NCBI GenBank assembly: GCA_040954595.2
Contig: CM082583.2
Coordinates: 12,500,987 to 12,564,986, forward strand
From: Balanoglossus misakiensis
Taxonomy: Eukaryota > Animalia > Hemichordata
DNA length: 64,000 nucleotides
Direction of reading: 5' to 3'
Shown: piece by piece, positions 53,881-64,000 of the stretch
Layout: each line of letters opens with the position of its first letter
Position numbering within the stretch: the stretch's first letter is position 1
Position numbers and translations under genes: made by a program
The notes under the pieces: generated by a model
Told to the model about the DNA's origin: nothing
The model's database searches: none
The model's input: only the letters and a program-made list of their open reading frames with translations

Positions 53881-55931
53881 CCCTTACAAAAATGCCAACA
53901 AAGCAGCAGCTCTGCAGCAGCCTGCAGCAGCTCTGCCGCAGTTCTGCTGTGAAGGCATTGTGGTGCTCTTGCAGACACGCTGTGGTGTTCTCGCAGAGAG
54001 TGTCTCTGCAGCAGAGGCAATGCAGCAGGTCGCAACTAAATGTGGCTCTACAGTAGAGGTGGTAATCCTTGCAATAAGGACACAAGAGCTTGCCGCAAAG
54101 TAGCCGCAAAGATGCAAGGCTTTTCTCTATGCAGAAATGATGCAAGAGTAATTCTCAAAGTACAAATCTATGCTGCAGGGACACAAGAATTGACCTTTTT
54201 ATGATCTCCAACTTTGGTTGACCCTAATTGATATCAGGTGATGTGAAACAAAGCTAGTAATTGGCCAAAGTCATTTTGCCGCCATTTTCTAAACTTGCAA
54301 GCTTCAAACAACAAGTGTCTCCAGCTAGCTGCCAGATCATGAGTATGTTCAGGTGGACTGTCTTTCATTTAATGCTTTTGGATGTACCAAATGCCAACAC
54401 GGAGGTACAGCAGAAGACACTGATCATTCAAGTGTACATCTGAAATATTTTACAGAACTTGGAAAGGGAAGACAGCTAGATGATAGATCCCAAGTTTCTT
54501 CAAGTTCAAGCTAGGCAGGCATTACATTTTTTTATACATTTATTGTTTGACACATTTTTCACTGGATTTATTCGTAACTTGTTATTTGAGTAACGTAGTG
54601 ATGTTGATGATCGATGTTGAGATATTTTTATGGCTGAACTTATTCAGGAATTTACGGGCAGGGCTGGGTTTGGTTGATGATGCCGATTGGTGTTGGTTGG
54701 CCCTGTCCGACGATCAGAACAGATCAGCGTCCGGCAGCATCTGTTGCCGGCCACCATGAAAATCTATTGTAAAAACCGTACGTGAACCATAGACAAAAGT
54801 GTACTTCGCAAGTTTCTGTTCAATGAGTTTACGAATATTTTGTGAACAAAACTTGACTAGCCAGTGTCATATCGTAATAGTAGTAAGCAAATTTAATATT
54901 AGGAGGTATGTGTTTTTATAAACATCCGATCTCATTGGGGTAATACAAAATCAAAAGTTTGCCATGAATACTCCCGTTGTTGACGTTGAATCCAGGGGGG
55001 GGGGGGGGGGCGACTCGATCACACAAAAAAATCAAATGCGTTATTGGCAGATCTTGCTATCTAACACAAATACAATGAATCAATGCTAAAATCAACTGTT
55101 GATAAAATAAAAGGCTCGACAGTCTGTCTCAAAAAGATGGTATGCATACCAAACTGTTTCCTGTACACCGCATGCTTACTGTACTTTGCGTCCGTGTTAT
55201 CCACGCAAGCGAGAAAAAGAAACATCTTGTTCATTTGTAAGCCCTTCTTCAATAAATTAAATGTGTCCGTGTTCAGTTAACACAGCCAAAAACCCATAAA
55301 AACTTCCATTTTCCCCCCTGACTTCAATAAATGATTGAATCACACTGTTATGCCGCCATGTTGTTAGTATTCCCTAACTTTACATAAAATGATCACAACT
55401 TTGACCCCTTAGAAATTTTTGTTTCTGCATTACGGCTGTTTTTGTCCTGAACTAAATTTTGCTGTTCTATGTGAAATACTCCATGATAGTGATGTAAAAT
55501 ATAATCTCTTATAATTATATATTAATCAAGTGCGTACATGTACCGGGGTATGTGTATGCCATGCATACATAAATGTCTGTATGCATTTTTCAGCATCAGT
55601 GCAACTGGATGCGGCAAGGATGCGGCAGTCTCTGCGGCAGCTCTGCAGAATCACCTAATTTGCATGCGAAAAAACGGCTCTGCCGCATCTCCACTGCTGG
55701 AGAGCTGCAGCAAACCTATTGCAGAGCTATCAGTGCGGCAGGGCTGCAGCATTTCTGTAGCGTATGTACTGGCTGCGGTAAGGATGCGGCAGTCTCTGCC
55801 GCAGCTCTGCAGAATCACCTAATTTGCATGCGAAAAAACGGCTCTGCTGCGTCTACCTGCTGTAGAGCTGCAGCGAACCTGCTGTAGAGCTGCTGCAACA
55901 TATCGCGACAAGGCCTATATTTTCATAAGGG
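53881..55931. mobile_element. 2051-bp non-autonomous DNA transposon (EnSpm/CACTA-like, CCC termini, 2-bp TSD) inserted in the satellite
   Basis: Imperfect TIRs CCCTTACAAAAAT / ATTTTCATAAGGG; the satellite motif gtcatAAtacacatc is split as gtcatAA[element]AAtacacatc; dense CTGC/GCAG subterminal repeats at both ends; no transposase ORF. Confidence 0.8.
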
Positions 55932-56490
55932 AATACACATCTTGGGGGGATGACATATATTTGTTAGTCAAAGTACAAAACTAGCTGAAGGCATGACATT
56001 TTTTGTTTATCATAGTCAAAACTAGAGAAGGGCTTGACATTTTATTGTCAGTCATAAAACACATCTTGGGGGGGGGGATGACATATATTAGTTAGTCAAA
56101 GTACAAAACTAGCTGAAGGCATGACATTTTTTGTTTATCATAGTCAAAACTAGAGAAGGGCTTGACATTTTATTGTCAGTCATAATACACATCTTGGGGG
56201 GGGGGGGGTGACATATTTGTTAATCAATGTACAAAACTAGCTGAAGGCATGACATTTTTTGTTTATCATTGTCAAAACTAGAGAAGGGCTTGACATTTTA
56301 TTGTCAGTCATAATACACATCTTTGAGGGGGGGGGGGTGAAATATATTTGTTAGTCAAAGTACAAAACTAGCTGAAGGCATGACATTTTATTGTCAGTCA
56401 TAAAAGAGAACAAGGGGCATGACATTACATTGTCAGTCATAACAGAGAAGGGGAGGGCATGACATTACATTGTCAGTCATAAAAGAGAAC
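55932..56490. repeat. ~120-bp higher-order satellite, right part, decaying into ~40-bp monomers
   Basis: Resumes in register after the insertion; ends with simple gacattacattgtcagtcataa monomers. Confidence 0.93.
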
Positions 56491-56597
56491 AATAAATTTT
56501 GTATATTTGACATGGTTATTCTTACTGACCCCCTTCCAACCACTTAAAGGCATTTCGCGCCATGATACTAGTATACAGTAAACTGATGTATTGTGTG

Positions 56598-56691
56598 TGC
56601 AATCAACATATAGGAAGGGGTCTTTAATATTAACTTTTCACCACCATGATTTGTCTTTAATGTGTCCATTGTTTTACATGGCAAAGTTGGA
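56598..56691 (+). repeat. Dispersed ~100-bp repeat, copy 2
   Basis: Direct repeat of 51591-51690. Confidence 0.85.
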
Positions 56692-56753
56692 CCTCTACTC
56701 AGGCAACTTGGGGTGAAAGTGTTTAACATGCCAGAAGCTGTTACTTTTGTTCC

Positions 56754-56843
56754 ATGATGATGATGATGGCGACGTGGGTGGTTGTTTTGGTGGTGGTGGT
56801 GGCGGCGTGGGTGGTGGTGTTAGTGGTTTTGGTGGTAGTGGCA
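56754..56843. repeat. (GAT)/(GGT)-rich low-complexity tract
   Basis: gatgatgatg...ggtggtggtggtggcggcgtgggtggtggt. Confidence 0.7.
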
Positions 56844-57069
56844 ATGCCAAGGTTTACACTTCTTGATATGATGTTAATTTTATTTTAATAAAACATCAGA
56901 CGCAATTAACATGTGCTACTCGACAAGATGCAATGGACACTTTGTTATAAGCAGAAGCTGGAGAAAACATTCATGTTGATACACATCATGAAACATGTAC
57001 ACTGAAAAAAAGGTAATTGGAAGTTACAGGCACTGCCTCTTCAACATCCTGTGGAATGCAGTCCATCTA

Positions 57070-60000
57070 TTAAGATTCTTGGCAGTACTGATTGCGGCGG
57101 GGAACGTTGCAGTAGTCGTAGCCATCGTCAGTGAAACACCAAGGCTTGGAGTCTTTGTCCGGGTTCCGACAGAAGTTGTGGTTGTTATCTTCGTCGGGTA
57201 ATATGAACTCTACGTCGGACCAGACCAGGCACTTGTCGCCGCGCTTGGTGGTCGACACAATCCCACGATAGTCTGAACCGTTTCGCTTGCGGTAACATTC
57301 GGTGGCCGACACTGCAAGACAAGTTCAAGTACAAATCATTGGCCAATGCAAGATTGTGGGTCTTCACATTCCCAAGTAACAAAAAATGTGTCGTGTAATA
57401 ATTGTCAATACTTACGAGGTGGTGCCGCTGTCATCACAGTCGGAAATGGGGTCATCGGAGAGGTCACTGTAAGGAAATGAGAAATGATAACGAAATTATT
57501 AAAAATGGTGAAGTTGTTTTCAATAGGGATCCCATACGAATGTTTGTGAGTCCAATTGAGCATTTTCACATATGTTTTGTTTATTTTTGAGAATTTACGT
57601 TGTATGTTTGCTGGTGTCTGGTGAGTTGCAACGGGCGTCTATGACATTCCATCGTTTGTCAACACCCCCTCTGTTAACGCACCTGCACAATTCTCTCCCG
57701 GTGCTCCGACGTCACAGAAGTCATACATCAGATCAGGATCTGTGGTGTAGCACCAGGCACCCCTGGAGTCGTCGTCGGGGTTGCGACAGTAATTGTGATC
57801 ACCCAAGCCCCATTCCATCAGGGTCAGTCGGTCGTTATCACTCTCCTTGTACGGGTGGGGGTGCGGCGATTGCAACAGCCAGTTCTGACAGGTCTTGCCC
57901 GTCTTCGTGGTGGAGATCGTTCCCCGGTAGTCTACTTCTTTCCTGTCTTCAAAGCATTCGCCCGTACCTGGTAGCACTGTGCGGGCAGAAATTAAATTGT
58001 GATTCACTGATTACTGCTAGTCTGCCCTTCTAAAAGGACACAGCAAGAACTACTGCACGTGAACTGAAATAGCACTGGCTCTTTTTGTTTGGTAAAAAGG
58101 TTAACTATGCAAATAATATGGAGTAGCGTCACTTTTACACTTACCGCTGAACTCCAGTCCAGTCATAGCTGAAAGAAAATAATAATAACAATATAACAAA
58201 CACAACAACAGCAACAATAACAACATGCCCAAGTTTAAAAAAAATGTATACTTTTGGAAATCGTGTTACCTTTTGCTAACATGAATTTCCAGTCGGAGCA
58301 AGCATGTTTTGAAAATTCATAAATGACTTGTGTTTGTTGCATGTCTGTATCAATAGTCTAGATAAACATTTCTATTCATGAGGGACTTTATGACCATACC
58401 AACATGTATTAATCTTATGCACGACAGCATCATACTGTACTTTGGCGTACGTTGTGTCTTAGTCCAGTAATTTAGTACTTACCACAATTGTAGAGCTTGT
58501 TTATTTTAAACAAATCCCACTTGCTGAAATAGTTTCGATCAATAAGTCCGACGTCAGCTTGCTTGGGAACGATTGTCGCTTTTCCATTCTTACTGAATGA
58601 AATAGCGTCATAGTGCATCACTGACGCATAGTCATATGGTGCCCCCAAAGGATCAATTAGAAAATGGTCGTATTTGTCGAATTGGTCTTTGTCATCTGGA
58701 AAAGAGAGTAACAGCAAAATGCTATATTATCATCAATGGTTATTATCAATCTGATAAACCACTTTATTCTTAGTAATGCAGGCGTAAAGTTTCATAAAGA
58801 TGAACTGAAAATCACCATTCCAATGCCGTTTATATGTCTCATAAATCTTCAATAGTTACTGTCAATGGCCCTTTAATGTGTCAACGCGCAATTACCGTTA
58901 ACAATGTTATTCCACTTGATTGTGACGTAGTCATCTCGGTCGGTACGGCTCTGTTCGTGATAGAACCCTAACGCATGCATGATTTCGTGAATGACTGTGC
59001 CTAGGGTTTTGCAACCGTCACCAATGGACAGCTTCTGCCTGCCGCCAGAACGACCAACAGACGACCAACACCTGATATGAAAATTGACCAAACGATTTTT
59101 ATGAGATGCAGTATTTCGAATTTCGTATAAAGGCATGCTATGAAATTGCACTGCGTCGCATAGCGACATCAACAGACGCCATGATATGACTTTACCCATT
59201 TCGGCGAATGAACTGGATGTAATCCTTTTCGTTGGTGCGTTCCACAAATACGATGCAAGTGCGCTCGTGGTAATGTCTGATAGCGTCCAGAATAAGTACT
59301 CTCTTCTCTGAATCTGAAAAGTCAATTCAAGCAGTGGTGTCATGACATCGGTCTAGCTGAACTGGATTCAGTAATATTATGGTGGTATATGCAAAACTCA
59401 TCCAGATGTCTGACATAATGTATATAACTTCATTCACCACCGATGATGATGATGATGATGATGATGATGATAGAAAGCCTTTTTTCCCTTACCGATTGAT
59501 TCATGAATTTCATAAGGCACAACACCTTCCTCCCATATTTTGTTTGGGTCACGGAGAGCGTTGTACGCAGCCTAGAGGAAAGAAAAGAAAGAAAGAATAA
59601 TACATAATTATGTTCTTTTATGGCAAAAGTCAACATTAGGCAAAATTAACACAGCGTGTGCCCTTGAACAGACAACATTACATGCATGGGTAATGATACA
59701 GTTGTGGCTGTAAAGTCTCAAACATCAGAGATCTAAACTCACGTCTGGTCCCATGTAGATATCTCCTTCAATGAGGATATATTCATCGTCTGTAATAAAA
59801 AAGGGGACATATTGGCATATACCTGACTGTGGTGATACCTGAATTCTGAATACGATAATGTATGTGACACACAGAACAGGCATACTGTAAATGTTGTCAA
59901 AAGCAAACATGTCAACCCTAATATCAGGATATATGATTTTTATGTAAGATGTTATTATATTATATCACCTTCAAGTATTTCAGCATTTCCTTCCAAGATA

Positions 60001-60774
60001 TCTTCCATGGCTCGTTTATTTGTATCTAAAGCTAAGAAAATATTCATTTCCGTTGTAAAATATGTTCACATCATTTTGACAGTGAAATTCAGTGCTCTGG
60101 TAATGCAAGTCGAAATACTAACGTTAATATTAGTAGCATGTTCTTATTAGATGATCTAACATCCTAACTAGCATACCTGATATCGAATTGCCGGTGTCTC
60201 TCTGTTGATCAAGAAAATTAAGTGGACATTTAATGACTTTTGAACAAAACTTAACATTTCATGTACATGTTATATGACAGAAATACAATGAAAGATATCA
60301 CGATTTCAAGGTGTAATACAATAAAGCTGTAGTTGTTTCCTTTGCCCATTAAAATTCACCAAGTATATACAAATATAACTTGCTCGACATCTATTGGTTG
60401 TGCGAATTAACCTTGATCAAACCTACCGGCTCTATATATATTTCCGGTAATCCAGTCCTCATAGCCTGTAACACACAAAGGACATTGAACAATTACCCTT
60501 TAGCAGTTTCTGACACGACTGCACCTATTTGAAATGCAGTGGTGGAGGAACCTTGTAAAGTTACTTGTCTGACAGTTTGATAGAATGCACAGAACGAGGA
60601 AAATGATTCAACGTGTACTTGTCTCATAAAGGTGTTACTGCTACATTTGCAGGTATTTTTTTCTCGGTCAAAGGGACAAGTTAAACTTTTAGAAGAAAGG
60701 CTTACCGGAGAAGGTGCAACAGAAGCGGCAAAAATTGCAACAGTGATGATCAGTGTGACAGACAAATATGTCAT
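57070..60774 (-). CDS. Astacin + 2 kringle metalloprotease, copy B
   Basis: Signal [74 protein letters not shown], two kringles, stop at 57070. Confidence 0.9.
59442..59471. repeat. (GAT)n microsatellite in an astacin-B intron
   Basis: Pure gat run. Confidence 0.85.
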
Positions 60775-61479
60775 GATGCTCTGAATGATCTTGTCTCTGT
60801 GTGTCAGGAGAATCGCTTGTTGGTGGTGTTTATATGACGTCCGTAGTCTGACAGCAGTTTTCAGAAGGAAAGCGCCCAATTCACAAACACTCCATCAAGG
60901 CAGTTAGCCATAATGCCCCAATTTCCGTGCGAGAAAATTAGGACAATAATGATAATGACAACAAATTTTCCTTCACGGAGTTAATTTGTCATTTTCAGAA
61001 GCTTTGTGGTATATTTTCGTTCGATTTGCTATTATCTGTAGAAATTGTGCCTACCTAGTACCTTGTACGATAAGTATCAAAACCGTAATTATTGTAGTGA
61101 ATTATTTAATGTTGGTCGGTTTGATTAAAAGGGTCATTTTTATCGAATGGTCGAAAGACTAGTGTTGTACAAAAAGTTGGGAGAAAGGAAATTACATGTT
61201 CAGTGTGTGAATCATTTGCTATATACATTACTAATTTAGCCGTCATGATATGCCCAGTGTAATTTGTTCGATGTTATTAATTGATTAATACTCAAAATCT
61301 GCGGAAAGAAACTGTGAGGTTTGAACCGTAACCCAATTTAGGGAATTTGAAAAAAATAGTTTATAGGCCACGTCACGCAGTCATATAACTCATACCGTTC
61401 CCACTTGGTGATGTTTGTGTCTAATATTTCATTTCTATTAGTATAATCAATACACAGATTGTTAAAAAATCATAAGTCA

Positions 61480-63691
61480 CTACAAACAGTTTTCATAGGG
61501 TCTGCCGATGTCACAGTAGCCGAATCCAGATGCAGTGAGGCACCAAGCCCCATAGTCGTTTCCTCGGTTACGACAGTAGTTGTGTGTGTATGGAGCCCAT
61601 CCACTGTCAGCCCATGAGATACATGGCTCCCCGCTATACGTGGTGGACACAGTTCCGCGATAGTCACTACCATTTGGTTCCCGGTAACATTCGACACTCT
61701 CAGCTGGCGCTGCAAATTGGATTTTACACGGTTATTTTTTAGATTAAGCGAGGCAACACAAGATAGGACAGGAGAAATCACCTGTAACATGTATATATTA
61801 CGTCTTGCTAGTTATATATACCCACAATGTCACCAACCCACCTGCACAATATTCTCCGGGTGACCCTATAACGCAGAAGTCGTATCTAACATCAGGGTCT
61901 GTGGTGTAGCACCATGCACCTCTCGAATCTTTGTCAGGGTTCCGGCAATAGTTGTGATCACCCACGCCCCACTCTGCCAAGGTCAGCTGGTCCTTGTCCC
62001 TATCCGAGAAGGGGTGATTATGGGGCGAAAATGAAAACCAATTCTGACAGGTTTTGCCCCTTCTTGTTTCAGACACTGTCCCGCGGTAGTCGAGGCCTTT
62101 TTTGTCTTCGTAACATTCACCACTACCTGGCAATACTGTGGTAATGAGATGTTAAAGTTTTACCAGCAAATCTTCAAATAATTCGTACATGACAAACAGA
62201 CTTATTGAACAAACACTCACTCACTGGCTCAGCATTGTTACCAATTAAAAGAATCAGATCTAAACATTTTTGATCCAGAAGTAAAAGCTTGGAGACATGC
62301 AATTGCTGGTCGAATAATAGGTAAAATATGGTATGACTTAACGGCCATTATACAGTAAGCCTTAATTGCTATACGTACATTTTTTCTCCAATCCCGTCAT
62401 ACCTGAAACGAAAGTTGACATCCGTCCGATTATTGATCACCTTTCATGAAACAATATTCCGTTTAACTTTGAATCAATAGTTTTATGTATTCACAAATTT
62501 TCATTTTACGACGAATCTAGGTATGTTCCAATAACATCGCAAAGACCTGTTGTGTTGTGTTGTGTTGCATCATGCTGTTCTGGCAGCCTTGTATTGCACC
62601 GAAATTAAGTGTTCTCAATTGCTCACCGCAGTTGTACAGTTTGTTTATTTTAAACAGATCCCATTTGCTGAAGTAGTTCCGGTCGATCAGTTGAACATCA
62701 TCATCCTTAGCAATAATGGTAGGCTTGTCGTTGCTGCTGTACGCTTTACTGGAGTAATGCATAACCGACATGTAATCATAGGGCGCCCCCAACCGCTCGG
62801 ATACGTGTTCATACTTTTCAAAGTTATGTTTTTCATCTAAAGGAAATTGGACAGGAAAGAGTATCATTGAATTTCAACCATTTTTGCGAAATGGTAAAAG
62901 TTAATCTCTAACAAACGTTGCGTATATAAGTTCTTAATTACCTTCGACGATATTGTCCCAAATGATGGTGATGTACTCGTCTCGATCAGTTCGGCTCTGT
63001 TCGTGGTGAAATCCCAAAGCGTGCATGATTTCATGGAGGACCGTTCCCAAAGTGTCGCAGTTACCCGCCAGTGATAATTTCTGTGGTCCACCTTTACGAC
63101 CAATAGACGACCAGCACCTGCAAAAGATTATGGCATTGATGATTAACTTTTTGCCCAAACTATTTTGACACTGCAACGTTCCCACAAGGCATAAAAACTG
63201 TTGAGATGGAATCATTGTACTTACCCTCCTAGGGACTGGAAGATCAGATAATCTGTTTGGTCTACACGTTCCACAAACCTGACACATGTCCTCTCGTGAA
63301 AGTGCGCAAAGGCCTCGAAGACAAGGTCTTTAAACGCGGGATCTATAGAAAGGAGTGATGGGGTGCATTAACTGTCATGTATGGTGGTTAGATATGTTGC
63401 ATGCGTGCATGTGATGCGTGCAGGTAGGTCGGTTCATTCTGAGAGCGGCGGTACTTTATCCAAATGCAAGTTAATCTCCTGTTCTAAAGCATCATTTTGA
63501 ACGAGACGCATTAAGAATTTAGAAATCAAAGTTACACATGAATTCTGTTCCGAATTGTTCAAAAACTTGAGTATCCAAATCGGAATGATTCAATGAAACT
63601 TGAACGCATTTGCAGACTTACGCAAACTGTCGTCAATGACGTAAGGTACGACACCGTTTTCCCAGATTGAGTCGACATCTCGTTGATCTCG
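61480..63691 (-). CDS. Astacin + 2 kringle metalloprotease, copy C (5' exons unresolved or off-window)
   Basis: [63 protein letters not shown], kringle 1 (~61841-62128), shortened kringle 2 (CYREPNGSDYRG...NYCRNRGNDYGAWC...CDIGRPYENCL*), stop at 61480. The last exon is not in the ORF-track frame. Confidence 0.88.
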
Positions 63692-64000
63692 CTAATGAAA
63701 TGAAAAACAACATACACTGAAATTAAATAAATAGAAAAGGAAGTCATCACAGAATTGATTTCCGAGCAGTTTAAAGTCGGGTCCAGTTTGAGATCAATTT
63801 AACTATGTCTGTCGTTGGATTCCTGTGAACGTACATTATATTTGTTATTGTGTATCAACCATTGTTTCTTGTCCGTCTCCTCGAGGTAGGGTTGAATGCT
63901 GTGGTGTTAATCTTCTCAACATGTGTGCACAACTGGCATTGTTATTGTCAATGATTTAAAAAGTGAATTCAAGGCCAGACTTGAATGCGTTTCTTAACAA

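Noticed and set aside
53313-56490. CRISPR-like look of regularly spaced short repeats
   Set aside because: The spacers are themselves repeated, there are no cas genes, and the context is eukaryotic; it is a satellite.
63830-63900. Possible prodomain exon of astacin copy C
   Set aside because: A stop-free frame exists but lacks the EGDI motif, and its phase cannot be verified at the window edge.

Overview
Intron-rich, AT-rich eukaryotic genomic DNA. The gene content (ARID3/dead ringer, secreted GH3 xylosidases, astacin-kringle proteases) suggests a marine invertebrate, plausibly a deuterostome such as a hemichordate; this is inference only. Ten spliced genes were reconstructed by hand from GT-AG boundaries: the 3' part of a UACA/RAI14/ANKRD24-like coiled-coil gene (+), an atypical cytosolic sulfotransferase (+), UTP15 (-), ARID3/dead ringer (+), two tail-to-tail GH3 beta-xylosidase-like paralogues with patchy near-identity, an SLC27/FATP acyl-CoA synthetase (-), and three tandem astacin + 2x kringle protease genes (-; the third is incomplete at its 5' end). 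Non-coding highlights: (1) a 901-bp non-coding element between the GH3 genes. It has a strand-specific DNA hairpin (GTA triloop, tandem GA mismatches) and an internal sequence that is the reverse complement of its own predicted circle junction, as in tyrosine-recombinase elements. (2) A ~5-kb repeat block with a 219-bp tandem array and a 120-bp higher-order satellite, interrupted by a 2051-bp CCC...GGG element with a 2-bp TSD (EnSpm/CACTA-like). No CRISPR array, rRNA or tRNA was found. All identities are by eye; no database search was run.
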